From: Cyanobacteriota bacterium
GTDB taxonomy: Bacteria > Cyanobacteriota > Cyanobacteriia > Thermostichales > Thermostichaceae
Direction: 5' to 3'
DNA length: 64,000 bases
Assembly (NCBI GenBank): GCA_033764955.1
Contig: JANRIL010000040.1
Coordinates: forward strand, 64,001 to 128,000
Shown one piece after another: positions 10,834-22,795 of the stretch. The translations under genes were made by a program, and so were the position numbers. Position 1 is the first letter of the stretch; each line of letters opens with the position of its first letter. The notes beneath the pieces are model-generated. The model saw only the letters and a list, made by a program, of their open reading frames with translations. It did not search any database and had not been told where the DNA came from.

Positions 10834-10894
10834 TATGCTGCAATCCCCAGAACTAATCCTGGCTTACACAGCAAAGTCGCACCTGGCAGCATGA
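10805..10894 (+). pseudogene. Truncated HEPN/DUF86 (HepT-like) toxin remnant
   Basis: ATG overlapping the MNT 3' end gives MQRDLQFLLDMLQSPELILAYTAKSHLAA*, a typical DUF86 N-terminus that stops after 29 aa. Confidence 0.7.
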
Positions 10895-10976
10895 AGCCTG
10901 CAACTATCAAGAGATAACCTGTTGAAGGCAAAAATTATTGGTGGCGGATGAGCTAAGCCGCTATGCATCTAAATAC

Positions 10977-10992
10977 ATAGACTAGAATCTAT
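10977..10992. promoter_or_regulatory. Putative NdhR/CcmR (LysR-type) operator
   Basis: Perfect ATAG-N8-CTAT palindrome (ATAG actagaat CTAT) about 90 bp upstream of ndhF3. Confidence 0.7.
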
Positions 10993-11079
10993 CCGTCAAA
11001 TAGCATCTTTTGATTTTTATCTATGTAGCTTTCGCCGTAAGATGACGGAGAGTTAGCCGTGACAACGTAAACATCCACC

Positions 11080-12915
11080 ATGAGCCACTTCTTATTGAAT
11101 ACCGTCGGTTGGATCCCACTTTATGCCCTAATCGGTAGTTTGGGAGCTTTACCCTGGTCTCCAGGAGTTACCCGCAAAACGGGGCCACGTCCTGCTGGAT
11201 ATATCAATGCCTTGATGACGTTGCTAGCCTTTTTGCATAGTTTGGGGGCTTTAATCGCTATCTGGGGGCAATCGGCCTATACCGTTGAGGTGACCTGGTT
11301 GCAGGTGGCGGATCTGCGTTTGGGGATCCCGATTATGGTCTCCTCAGTAACCTTGGGGGCTTGTCTCTTGGTGACCGGGCTGAATTTGCTGGCTCAGATA
11401 TTCGGCTTTGGCTATATGGAGATGGACTGGGGCTGGGCACGCTTCTATGCTCTCCTGGGGTTATTTGAGGGGGGCATGTGTGCCTTAGTCCTCTGCGATT
11501 CGCTGTTTTTTAGCTACATGATCCTAGAGATTTTGACCCTAGGGACTTATCTGTTGGTGGGGCTTTGGTTCAATCAGCCCTTGGTGGTGACGGGGGCACG
11601 GGATGCATTTTTGACGAAGCGGGTGGGAGATTTGTTCCTGCTCATGGGGGTGTTAGCGATTTATCCCCTGACAGGAACCTGGAATTTTTCAGAGCTAGCT
11701 CAATGGGCAGAAACCGCTCAGGTGGATCCCGCCCTGATGACCTGGGTAGGATTAGCGCTTTTGGCTGGTCCGATGGGGAAATGTGCTCAGTTCCCTCTCC
11801 ATCTCTGGTTGGATGAAGCGATGGAAGGCCCTTTGCCCTCGACGATCTTGCGAAATTCGGTGGTGGTGGCGACAGGGGCTTGGGTGTTGGTCAAGCTGGA
11901 ACCTGTCTTTGCCCTCTCTCCGACGGTGCATTGGGTGGTGATCGGGATAGGTCTGGTGACCGCCATTGGGGGATCCCTGGTGGCAATGGCGCAGATTGAT
12001 ATTAAGCGGGCGCTTTCTTATTCCGTCAGTGCCTATATGGGGCTAACCTTTATTGCTGTGGGATGTGGACAACCGGACTTAGCTCTGCAACTGGTGTTGA
12101 CCTATGCGGTAGCGATGGCTCTTTTAGTGATGAGTGTGGGAGGGGTGATTTGGAATAGTATCACTCAGGATCTACGGCAATATGGCGGATTGTGGTCACG
12201 CCGACCGATTTCTGGTTTGTCATTTGTGGTTGGGGCTGTCGGGATGTTGGCTTGTCCTCCACTGGGAACGTTTTGGGTGCTGGTACAACTGGCGGATCAA
12301 ATCAGTGTTTACTATCCCTGGTTAGCTGCTTTGTTAGTTGGAATTAATGGCTTGACGGCATTTAGTTTGATGCGGGTTTTTAGCCTGATTTGGGGGGGTA
12401 AGCCCAAACAAATGACCGAGCGCTCTCCCGAAATTCACTGGCCGATGGCACTGCCCATGACGATTTTACTGGGCTTTACGGTGCATGTACCCATGCTATT
12501 AGCCAGTTGGAATTTGTTACCCGACTTCCAGCTTGTTACCCATCCAGTCGGTATTTTACTGATAATCTCAAATGCAGTAGGAATAGGGTTAGCGGGTTTG
12601 ATTTTCCTGAATGAGCGAATTCAGAAACCTTTGCAACTAAGATTCATCACTGATCTGCAAGATTTATTGGCTCAAGATTTTTATACCCAGCAACTTTACA
12701 GAGCGAGTGTGGTTTGGGTTGTGGACTGGATTTCTCAAGCAGTGGCTTATTTAGATCGAGTTTTAGTAGATGGTTTAGTCAATTTAGTGGGAGTATTGTC
12801 AGTTTTTTCAGGACAAACTCTCAAATATACGGTGTCTGGCCAATCTCAGCTTTATCTCTTAGCAATTCCTCTGGGGGTTATCCTAATTATCTTGGTGGCT
12901 TTTGGCTCTATCTAA
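11080..12915 (+). CDS. ndhF3: NDH-1 subunit F3 (inducible CO2 uptake)
   Basis: NuoL-like; PWSPG..RKTGPRPAGY, GKCAQFPLHLWLDEAMEGP; first gene of ndhF-ndhD-cupA cluster. Confidence 0.92.
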   Translation: MSHFLLNTVGWIPLYALIGSLGALPWSPGVTRKTGPRPAGYINALMTLLAFLHSLGALIAIWGQSAYTVEVTWLQVADLRLGIPIMVSSVTLGACLLVTGLNLLAQIFGFGYMEMDWGWARFYALLGLFEGGMCALVLCDSLFFSYMILEILTLGTYLLVGLWFNQPLVVTGARDAFLTKRVGDLFLLMGVLAIYPLTGTWNFSELAQWAETAQVDPALMTWVGLALLAGPMGKCAQFPLHLWLDEAMEGPLPSTILRNSVVVATGAWVLVKLEPVFALSPTVHWVVIGIGLVTAIGGSLVAMAQIDIKRALSYSVSAYMGLTFIAVGCGQPDLALQLVLTYAVAMALLVMSVGGVIWNSITQDLRQYGGLWSRRPISGLSFVVGAVGMLACPPLGTFWVLVQLADQISVYYPWLAALLVGINGLTAFSLMRVFSLIWGGKPKQMTERSPEIHWPMALPMTILLGFTVHVPMLLASWNLLPDFQLVTHPVGILLIISNAVGIGLAGLIFLNERIQKPLQLRFITDLQDLLAQDFYTQQLYRASVVWVVDWISQAVAYLDRVLVDGLVNLVGVLSVFSGQTLKYTVSGQSQLYLLAIPLGVILIILVAFGSI

Positions 12916-12967
12916 GTCCTGTTTTGCTTGAAAAATTCCTCATTCCCCATGACAAGGAGATAATGCC

Positions 12968-14512
12968 ATGTTGAGTGGTTTACTTTGGATCCCAATTGTT
13001 GGAGCCACTTTGCTGGGATTCTGGCCGGGATCCCTGACTTTTCAGCAAACTCGTCGCTTAGGGTTAGTATTTGCAACTGGATTGACTGTCTGGACAGTAT
13101 TCCTCTTTGGTCAATTTGATTTGACGCAGGGGGGATTGCAAATGCGTGAGTTTATGCCCTGGATCCCTATGTTGGGTATGAACTATGAATTGGGTGTGGA
13201 TGGTTTATCGCTGCCATTGTTAGCCGTCAACAGTGGCTTGACCTGGATTGCCATCTATGGAACGGGAGAAAAGCTAATTCGACCTCGTTTGTTCTATTCC
13301 CTTCTTTTATTAGTCAATGGAGCTGTTGCCGGAGCTTTTCTTGCCCAAAATGCCTTGCTTTTCTTCCTGTTTTATGAGATCGAGTTGGTTCCTTTTTATC
13401 TGCTCATTTCGATTTGGGGAGGTCCACGACGGGGGTATGCAGCCATCAAGTTTCTCCTCTACACTGCTGTCTCCGGTATTTTAATGTTAGCCGGATTCTT
13501 AGGGCTGTTCTGGTTAGCAGATTTACCCAGTTTTGATTATCAAACTTTGCAATCTCAGGTGCTGCCTCTGGGATCCCAAATGGTTTTACTGTTAACTCTC
13601 TTGGTTGCTTTTGGCATTAAGATTCCTCTGGTTCCTTTTCATACTTGGTTGCCCGACGCCTATACGGAAGCCTCTGCTCCAGTAGCCATGATTTTGGGGG
13701 GGGTCTTAGCCAAATTAGGAACCTATGGATTGGTGCGATTTTGCTTGGGCTTCTTTCCGGATGCCTGGTCAGCACTGGCTCCCAATCTTTCTATTTGGGC
13801 AGTGGTTTGTGTCTTGGGGGGAGCATTCGCTGCTATTGCTCAAAAAGATATCAAACGGATGGTTGCCTACAGTTCTGTGGGTCACATGGGCTATGTGTTG
13901 TTGGGTTGTGCAGCCGCTACTCCGCTATCTATCGTGGGGGCAATTGCTCAGATGGTTAGTCATGGTTTTGTCCTAGCTTTGCTATTTCACTTGGTAGGGG
14001 TGATTGAAGAAAAAGTGGGCACGCGGGAGCTGGATGTTTTGAACGGTCTCCTCAACCCAATTCGGGGGCTACCCATGATTAGTGGTTTACTGATTTTGGG
14101 GGGAATGGCCAGTGCTGGGATCCCTGGATTGGTGGCCTTTGTCGCAGAATTTCTAGTTTTTCAGGGCAGCTACTCCATATTCCCGTTGCAAACCATTTTG
14201 TGTGTGGTTGGCACTGGTTTAACGGCAGTTTATTTTGTGATTTTGTTGAATCGAACTTGCTTTGGAAAACTGGATAATAAAACTGCTTATTACCCACAGG
14301 TGATGGGGTGGGAGCAAACGCCTGCTATTCTCCTGACCTTAGTTATTTTTATCTTAGGTGTTCAACCCAATTGGTTGGTGAAGTGGAGTGAGCCTTTTTC
14401 TTATCAATTGAGCACTCATACTCCTCAATTAGTCAGCCATTGGATCCCACCTGTTATGGGTAAAAAGTTAGAAAATACTCCCATCATGATCGCTGAGGAT
14501 CCATTACTTTGA
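12968..14512 (+). CDS. ndhD3: NDH-1 subunit D3
   Basis: NuoM-like; IKIPLVPFHTWLPDAY, LNPIRGLP and LNRTCFGKLDN. Confidence 0.92.
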   Translation: MLSGLLWIPIVGATLLGFWPGSLTFQQTRRLGLVFATGLTVWTVFLFGQFDLTQGGLQMREFMPWIPMLGMNYELGVDGLSLPLLAVNSGLTWIAIYGTGEKLIRPRLFYSLLLLVNGAVAGAFLAQNALLFFLFYEIELVPFYLLISIWGGPRRGYAAIKFLLYTAVSGILMLAGFLGLFWLADLPSFDYQTLQSQVLPLGSQMVLLLTLLVAFGIKIPLVPFHTWLPDAYTEASAPVAMILGGVLAKLGTYGLVRFCLGFFPDAWSALAPNLSIWAVVCVLGGAFAAIAQKDIKRMVAYSSVGHMGYVLLGCAAATPLSIVGAIAQMVSHGFVLALLFHLVGVIEEKVGTRELDVLNGLLNPIRGLPMISGLLILGGMASAGIPGLVAFVAEFLVFQGSYSIFPLQTILCVVGTGLTAVYFVILLNRTCFGKLDNKTAYYPQVMGWEQTPAILLTLVIFILGVQPNWLVKWSEPFSYQLSTHTPQLVSHWIPPVMGKKLENTPIMIAEDPLL

Positions 14513-14576
14513 TAGCAAGACGGATAAAGTCCTCCTAAATTGTTTCCTCAACTAATGACTGGTAAGGATAGAACTC

Positions 14577-15893
14577 ATGGTACAAACAATCGCTAAACCC
14601 ACTCAAAAACTCCCTCCCTCCCGACATCCTTTTGCTGAAGTGGTTCACCGCCTTGAGGCGGGTGGGGCAATGCTGCCGGATACTCCCGAAAATTTAATGC
14701 AAATTATTGGGCTTTATAAAGCCTATGCTGTGCCAATGGACTTTTATTGGCGGGATCTCCTCTATATCGCTGAGCGAGTTTTTCTGGATCCGTTACCATT
14801 TTTTAAGTTCTTCTTACCCAAAGAGTATATTGAACTGCATAACCATTATGCGGGAGATGATGCGGATCTGCGGATTTGGCGAGGGCCAGCTACCGCTCAC
14901 CCAGAATTGATCGAGTTTATGGAGAAGGGTGAATTAAACCGCAAGCTTCCCAAGATAGTTCATCATCTTTGGCATGACCGCATCAATATGGAGTTTGCAG
15001 AAGAATGTATGCGGGCTATGCTTTGGCATCGCGATATGGGTGGGCTTTTTGACCCTTATTTAGATAGTGACGAATACAAGCAAAATGCAGATCGAGCTAT
15101 TCGGGCATACTTTCGATATAATCCGCTCATGTTAGGACTTTATCGACTATTCCCTGACTTATTTTTAGAGCAATGTCGGCAAATGTCTTATTATGCCAAC
15201 TTGGGTTTGTTCTGGGAAATCATGGCTCCTGTCTTTTTTGAGATGTCTGATCTCTACGATGAAGGCAAGATTGCAAGTGTGCCGGAAGCTATGAATTTTT
15301 TGGTGAATGGGATTTTTGCAATTGCAGGACGACCTATTTATCATCATGTTTATATTCGGGGAGAATGCTATGAAATTATCCCGAAATCAAAAGGATTCAC
15401 ATGGCTTTACGAAGCTGCTTTTCCCTATGTAGAAGCCGTCTTTTACCGTACCTCCCCCTTCCGTGGCACCAAATCCTATAATGCTCAAGCAAATCAAGTT
15501 CCGGCGGATCAAAATGATTTTCACTACGGCATTCTTTATGCTGACAAGTTTCCTGTAGCGACTGCCGGGATCCCTCCCACACTGCTGCATCAAGATATGT
15601 ATCACTTCTTACCCAAGTATTTAGTGGATTACTATAGCCAGCATTGCCGAGGAAAGGATGATATGTTGATCCAGTTGGGAGTCAGCTTTCAACGCTCGAT
15701 GTATTGTGTTACCTCTGCCGTAATTCAAGCAGGTCGAGCTGCCTTTTTGTATCCTCTAGATGATCCTAACCCTGATCATTTGCGAGCAAATCGAGCTTAT
15801 TTTGAAGGCCAGCTTAATCGGTTTTGTCGCTCGGAATATAATATTCGTGATGCTGCCCGTCTGAGTTATATTCAAAATCAGGACTACCGATAA
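14577..15893 (+). CDS. cupA: CO2 hydration protein CupA/ChpY
   Basis: 438 aa; RLEAGGAMLPDTPENLMQIIG.YKAYAVPMDFYWRDL, HLWHDRINMEFAE and PFRGTKSYNAQA. Confidence 0.95.
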   Translation: MVQTIAKPTQKLPPSRHPFAEVVHRLEAGGAMLPDTPENLMQIIGLYKAYAVPMDFYWRDLLYIAERVFLDPLPFFKFFLPKEYIELHNHYAGDDADLRIWRGPATAHPELIEFMEKGELNRKLPKIVHHLWHDRINMEFAEECMRAMLWHRDMGGLFDPYLDSDEYKQNADRAIRAYFRYNPLMLGLYRLFPDLFLEQCRQMSYYANLGLFWEIMAPVFFEMSDLYDEGKIASVPEAMNFLVNGIFAIAGRPIYHHVYIRGECYEIIPKSKGFTWLYEAAFPYVEAVFYRTSPFRGTKSYNAQANQVPADQNDFHYGILYADKFPVATAGIPPTLLHQDMYHFLPKYLVDYYSQHCRGKDDMLIQLGVSFQRSMYCVTSAVIQAGRAAFLYPLDDPNPDHLRANRAYFEGQLNRFCRSEYNIRDAARLSYIQNQDYR

Positions 15894-15931
15894 TAAATCC
15901 TCCTCATTGAATAGCATTTTGATAGAAACAT

Positions 15932-15964
15932 AAAAAAGAGGGATATCAATGATTCCCTCTTTTT
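15932..15964. terminator. Bidirectional intrinsic terminator between convergent cupA and fasciclin gene
   Basis: AAAAAAGAGGGA-N10-TCCCTCTTTTT hairpin with A/T tails on both sides. Confidence 0.75.
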
Positions 15965-16024
15965 ACTTTAATCCATTTAATTGATTAAGAATGAGGAGAC
16001 GTTGAGCTGCAACATACGGCTATT

Positions 16025-16483
16025 CTAAAAGCGAGCCATGGATGCTTCGCCACTTGCCATAATTCCAGCAAACCAATGGGGACGCATCAGAATGACAGTA
16101 TCAATAACATGAATAACCCCATTGTCGGCTTCGATATCTGGGGCAATTACGGTGGCGTTATTCACCTCAAAGAGATCAGAAGTCACATGCAAGTCAATAG
16201 TGGTTCCCTCCAGCGAGGTAAGAGTTTTCAAAGATAGCAAATCTACCCTTTTATAGCGACCCGAAACTACATGGAAGCAAAGAATGCGAGAAAGCTGAGG
16301 GATATTTTGAACAAGAGTTGTGATCGTTCCCGGAGGTAGTTTGGCAAATGCCTGATCATTAGGGGCAAATACAGTAAATGGGCCAGGACTCTTGAGTGCA
16401 CCCACTAAATCAGCCGCTTTGACTGCCGTTACTAAGGTTTCAAAGCTACCCGCGCCTACCGCAATATCAACAATATCTGGCAT
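16025..16483 (-). CDS. Fasciclin (FAS1) domain protein, CupS-like
   Basis: [50 protein letters not shown] and [10 protein letters not shown]; adjacent to cupA. Confidence 0.85.
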   Translation of the reverse strand: MPDIVDIAVGAGSFETLVTAVKAADLVGALKSPGPFTVFAPNDQAFAKLPPGTITTLVQNIPQLSRILCFHVVSGRYKRVDLLSLKTLTSLEGTTIDLHVTSDLFEVNNATVIAPDIEADNGVIHVIDTVILMRPHWFAGIMASGEASMARF

Positions 16484-16972
16484 AGTTATTTTAGAGGATT
16501 GGGATCCCTTTTATTTTACTGGATCTCAAAATATTCTGATAGCTCATTCTTTTCTTCATCTATCAATCAGTACTAATCTTCTCTCAAACACAGATGTTCA
16601 ATCAAAACTTGATAGCGTGTATATGAGCTTGGAAAAATTTCTGAACTCTGATTCTATCCTTGGGATCCTCATGATTTGAGAAAATGGGTAGTGCCCTATA
16701 GGTAATGTTGACAAACTCAGCAAGGCACTTGTTGAGAATAAACGAAGTCTACGCCCCTTATTCCAGGTTATTGATTCTCAATACAGCCCTTTCGACGATC
16801 ATCAAGTACGGATGTATTCCCCTTGCCTTCTGGAGGAAGAGATGGGAGTGAGGGCTGTGCTATTCAATTATAAAGATCACATGGGGGATGAAACAGCCAT
16901 GGGATCCCCTGCCTCCAAATACGCACACATTGGTAGGTAAGGGGATCCCAATTCTATCGGGTTTATGCAGGA

Positions 16973-18637
<1,665 letters not shown>

Positions 18638-18666
18638 TTAATCCATCCTGAGCCGTAGCGGCGATC

Positions 18667-18693
18667 TTAGCACTCTGGGTGTTCGAGTGCTAA
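18667..18693. promoter_or_regulatory. CIRCE element (HrcA operator)
   Basis: Perfect TTAGCACTC-N9-GAGTGCTAA, 32 bp upstream of the groEL start. Confidence 0.95.
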
Positions 18694-18762
18694 TTTATCG
18701 CAAGTGCGGCGGTAAGAGCAACCTGTTGGGAAGGGATCAATAAAGCTAGGAGCAGCCTCAGA

Positions 18763-19062
18763 CTAGGAATTTCCCCCAAACAAAACCTCAGGAAATTTGA
18801 GTTGAGCCTCCGCCATAGGGCGATTGCGCCCTTCACTTTGCCAGTAGTTGATCACTTCTGTGGCCTTGTTGAGCAATTCCACACGTTCGGATTCTGAGAT
18901 CCAGCTTTTGGCTTCTAACTCGGCTTTGAGTTGTTCCCAGGCGTCATCTCGTGGCCAGAAAAAGTAATGGGTGAGGGGACTGCGGTTTTTGGCCACCAAC
19001 TGATCGACCGCAATCGCCAGATCTTTTTCTAACCAGAGCGCTTTGAGGGCAAATTTGGGCAC
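18763..19062 (-). CDS. ycf65: 30S ribosomal protein PSRP-3 / Ycf65
   Basis: [36 protein letters not shown]. Confidence 0.92.
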   Translation of the reverse strand: MPKFALKALWLEKDLAIAVDQLVAKNRSPLTHYFFWPRDDAWEQLKAELEAKSWISESERVELLNKATEVINYWQSEGRNRPMAEAQLKFPEVLFGGNS

Positions 19063-19186
19063 GGGATCCTCTTAGGGTGAAAGGGTTATTTTTGAGCATT
19101 GATCATCTTACCTGATCTGAGGATCCGCTTCTAGATCTCTGGCCGAATATGCTGGCGGGATCCTCTGGCGAGAGACAGTACCATCT

Positions 19187-20302
19187 TCAGGGGTGCAAGA
19201 ACTGATTCTGCGCCGCCAAGCCATCGATCCACTGTTGATGGGCGGGTTTGGGTTCTAGATTTTCGTCATAGAAACAGGGATCCGCCAACGGGGAGGTGTT
19301 TTCTGAGGGAGGCGTCTCCAGCCAGGAATAGGGATCTGCTAACCCCCACACACTCAGGGTGTCTACTCCCGCTTCTAGAGCCGCTTGCAAAACGGTCTGG
19401 TAAATCTGGGCTTGTTGCTCAAAACGTTCGGCTTGCGTACCCGCCACTGCCCGCATGTCCACATCTAGCTCCGTAATGTAGACGGGGATCCCGTAGGAGC
19501 GCATGGTTTGCACCAGATCCGATTGAGAGGGAGGTTCGGAGCCGTTGAGGTGCATCTGTAACCCAACCCCATCAATCAAGCCTTTACGCCGTAAGCGTTG
19601 CACAATTTGGCGGGTTTGGCGGGTGTTACTACCACTGGCGGTTTCGTTAGCAAAGTCGTTATAGAGCAAAATCGCCTGCGGATCCTGTTGTCGAGCCATG
19701 GCAAACGCTTGATCCACATAGTCAAAGCCCACCTTTTCCCGAAAAAAGTCACCTGGGCTGTAAGCCTCATTCACCACAATCCAGGTATTGATGCGACCCT
19801 CAAACTGAGTCATCACCTGCTGGATGTGATTTTGCATCAGCCCAAGAGTTTGTCGGCGGTTCCACCTGCCATTGCTAAGCCAATCGGGCAAAACTTCTCG
19901 GTTTCCCCAAACGATGACATGTCCAAACACTTTTTGTTGAGCAGCCTCAGCCAGTCCTAGTAACCGTTCTTGCTCAGCAAAGGTATAGACATCGGGTTCT
20001 GGATTGACGCTAAACCAATACACCTCCAAAAAACCAAAGTTGAATTGTTCGGCAGCAATCTCCCCAATTCTGGGATCCGGCCATCCATAGGAGTCTGACA
20101 ACACATTTCCCACCGCAATCCCCAAGGGATCCGCCAAGGAACGTAAAGTGGCTGACTCGCGGCTGTTCAGTGCCACAGGATTGTCTGCCAAAACCGTGGG
20201 TGGAGATAAAGCTGTCGAGGATTCTCCACAACCCAGCACACTGAATGCGGATCCGCAGATCAAGCAAGACAAAACCAGAGAAGCATACTTCAATCTATTC
20301 AC
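19187..20302 (-). CDS. Glycoside hydrolase family 10 (xylanase-like), predicted lipoprotein
   Basis: VLGC lipobox-like signal; GHVIVW, WIVVNEA acid/base, LLYND, IDGVGLQMH and YITELD nucleophile. Confidence 0.85.
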   Translation of the reverse strand: MNRLKYASLVLSCLICGSAFSVLGCGESSTALSPPTVLADNPVALNSRESATLRSLADPLGIAVGNVLSDSYGWPDPRIGEIAAEQFNFGFLEVYWFSVNPEPDVYTFAEQERLLGLAEAAQQKVFGHVIVWGNREVLPDWLSNGRWNRRQTLGLMQNHIQQVMTQFEGRINTWIVVNEAYSPGDFFREKVGFDYVDQAFAMARQQDPQAILLYNDFANETASGSNTRQTRQIVQRLRRKGLIDGVGLQMHLNGSEPPSQSDLVQTMRSYGIPVYITELDVDMRAVAGTQAERFEQQAQIYQTVLQAALEAGVDTLSVWGLADPYSWLETPPSENTSPLADPCFYDENLEPKPAHQQWIDGLAAQNQFLHP

Positions 20303-20597
20303 AAATTTTTCCTGAAAGCGTAAAACTACTGCCCAGCCAGATGGAGGTCACTATCCTGTATTTGGGGAACTTTCAGGGAAGCTAGGTTGACGATCCCCGC
20401 CTCTGTGGAGTGGGATCTTCTGAAACTGAGTATTCCCCTCCCAACCTCACCAGGTAACAGGGGATCCCAACGGCAGATGTTGTCGCCAAGTATTCGACAC
20501 GTCTAAAATAACGGCGGCCAGAAAGGCAACCCGATAGGATAAAAAAAAGGGATCCCCTGCCGATCCCTACAGCCACTTACCCACGAGAACCTGCCCC

Positions 20598-21464
20598 ATG
20601 CCCCAGCCCCTCACCGACCGCGTTGTGTTGATTACCGGTGCCTCCGCTGGGATTGGCGAAGCGGTTGCCCTGGCTGCTGCCCAACAAAACCCTCGCCTTG
20701 TCTTGGCCTCGCGGCGGGAGGGAGTGTTGCAGACCATAAAGGATGTCTTGGAGAAACAGGGAGTAGAAGTGCTGATTGTGCCCACCGACATGGGGGATCC
20801 CGATCAGGTCAACGCCCTGGCAGAAAAAGCCCTAGAGCGGTTTGGGCAGGTGGATATTTTGGTGAATAACGCCGGATATGGACAGATGGGACCCATTGAG
20901 GAAGTTCCCGAAGCGGCTGTCCGCCAGCAGTTTGCCGTGAATGTTTTTGGTCTGCTCGGGTTAACCCGTGCCCTCTTGCCCTCTATGCGCCAACGAGGAC
21001 AGGGACGCATTCTCAACATTAGTTCTGTGGCTGGTCAGATTTCTATGCCCTTCAGTGGTATCTATAACGCCAGCAAACATGCCGTAGAAGCGATCAGTGA
21101 TGCGTTGCGGGTGGAAGTGGCTCCCTTCGGCATCCAGGTGGTCATTATCGAACCTGGCCCCGTCACCACCGACTTTTTTCGGGTTGCCCGTGAGACAACC
21201 CTAGCGGTTCGATCCCGCGAGACTCCTTATCAATCTCTGGTGGAGGGTCTTGATGACCTGACCGACTCGGTGAAAAACCTAGCATGGCCCGTCGATAGAG
21301 TAGCCAAACAAATTCTCAAAGCCATGACAGATGATCGCCCCGCTGCCCGTTACACGGCTTTTTCAGGAGGCAAGTTGGGCTTAGGGTTCATGCGAGCCAT
21401 GCCCGCTGCTCTGGCGGATCGGATGTGGACAAAAGCCTATCGCATTGGTTCTCCACCGGCTTAA
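20598..21464 (+). CDS. Short-chain dehydrogenase/reductase
   Basis: TGASAGIG, NNAG and YNASK motifs. Confidence 0.92.
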   Translation: MPQPLTDRVVLITGASAGIGEAVALAAAQQNPRLVLASRREGVLQTIKDVLEKQGVEVLIVPTDMGDPDQVNALAEKALERFGQVDILVNNAGYGQMGPIEEVPEAAVRQQFAVNVFGLLGLTRALLPSMRQRGQGRILNISSVAGQISMPFSGIYNASKHAVEAISDALRVEVAPFGIQVVIIEPGPVTTDFFRVARETTLAVRSRETPYQSLVEGLDDLTDSVKNLAWPVDRVAKQILKAMTDDRPAARYTAFSGGKLGLGFMRAMPAALADRMWTKAYRIGSPPA

Positions 21465-21500
21465 CTGACCGAGAATTTGACGAGTTGGGATCCCCCAAGG

Positions 21501-22571
21501 CTAGCGGGTGGGCAGATCTATCACAATATTGGCTAACTCGATATCGTCATAGTCTAAAAGATCGCGGCGCGGGATCCGCGATTCCAGGGGAATGCCGATT
21601 CGCAAGTTTCCTCCCAAAAGGGGGATGCTGACGGGAACTTGCTGTCCACGTTGAGCAATGCTGGGGTGGTAGGTTTTACCGGTACGCAGAATGACCGTAT
21701 TCAGCCCCACCCGCAGATGGTTGAGGGGCAGAGGGATCCGCAAATCGTTACCACTCACGGCAATCGTACTCACCTGTACCCCATTGAGTTCCACCGCCAG
21801 AGGAGTCATATCCGATTCCACCAAGCGAGTTTGTCCTGCCCTTGCGGCTTCGGGAGTGTCCAACCCAATCAGCGATCCAATCCGCAGGCTGGGCGGTTGA
21901 GTAGGCAGGCGGCTTAAGGAGAAGGAACGAGTTAATTCGGTTCCCTGGGTTTTGAGGCGAAATTGATCGGCTCCGGCAGAATTGGGGGAGTAGGCATCAT
22001 CTCCTAGGTGCACCACATCGGTTTGCAAGAGTAAGGTAGTCGTCGGATCCAAGCGATCCAATTGCAGTTGCAAGCTTTGCCCCTGTTGAGTGGTTTGAGA
22101 GTAGGGGACGTAATTTTCCAGTTTAGCCACTAGAATCTGGTCATCGGGCAGGCTTTCTGGTAGTTGAAACCGCCCTTGGGCATCGGTACGGACGGCTACG
22201 CCTGCCCCCGGCACCTCCACCTCGACGTTGCTGAGGGGCTTACCCGTTAAGCGATCCACCACTTGCCCAGCATAGGCGGAGTTGAGGTTGATCTGGGAAT
22301 TGGGCTCGCCCGCTATCGCCTGCACGCTTTGTTGCACCTGCTGCCAGTCCCGCTCCGTAATCCGCCCATCCCGATCCACATCGGCGGCGGTAATCTGCTG
22401 ATCGCTCAGGGTGCGGATCCCGCGTAAATAGTCATCCAAAATCGTCAGATCGGCGGTAGTGACTCGCCCATCTCCATCCAAATCTCCTGGCAAAAACGTT
22501 TGGGCACTCGCCACGGTGGGTACGAGGATCACGAAGCCACGGATTGCTCTACTTAGCCATTGCCTGCCCAT
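21501..22571 (-). CDS. Secreted protein with dockerin-type Ca-binding repeat pair and carboxypeptidase-regulatory-like domain
   Basis: Signal peptide ASA-Q; GDLDGDGRVTTADL...AADVDRDGRITERD; GQVVDRLTGKPLSNVEVEV..TDAQGRF. Confidence 0.75.
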   Translation of the reverse strand: MGRQWLSRAIRGFVILVPTVASAQTFLPGDLDGDGRVTTADLTILDDYLRGIRTLSDQQITAADVDRDGRITERDWQQVQQSVQAIAGEPNSQINLNSAYAGQVVDRLTGKPLSNVEVEVPGAGVAVRTDAQGRFQLPESLPDDQILVAKLENYVPYSQTTQQGQSLQLQLDRLDPTTTLLLQTDVVHLGDDAYSPNSAGADQFRLKTQGTELTRSFSLSRLPTQPPSLRIGSLIGLDTPEAARAGQTRLVESDMTPLAVELNGVQVSTIAVSGNDLRIPLPLNHLRVGLNTVILRTGKTYHPSIAQRGQQVPVSIPLLGGNLRIGIPLESRIPRRDLLDYDDIELANIVIDLPTR

Positions 22572-22795
22572 TGCCTTTGCCCTACTCGACAGCTTTACTC
22601 AGTTCTACCCCAGCTACCACTTTGTCTAAAAACCTGCTAACGGTCAGATTGCCCACTCCAGATGGCAATTTTGGCTACTGGTAACCCGCAAAAAAAATCT
22701 CGCCAACCAGTTGTACAAATATGGGGAGGGCAGCGTAATATAGTAGATCGCTGTATTCAACCACCATTTCTGACTACCCGTTGAGGATTTTCTGC

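Noticed and set aside
18700..18745. Possible K-box upstream of groEL
   Set aside because: Only a partial resemblance to GTTCGG-NNAN-CCNNAC
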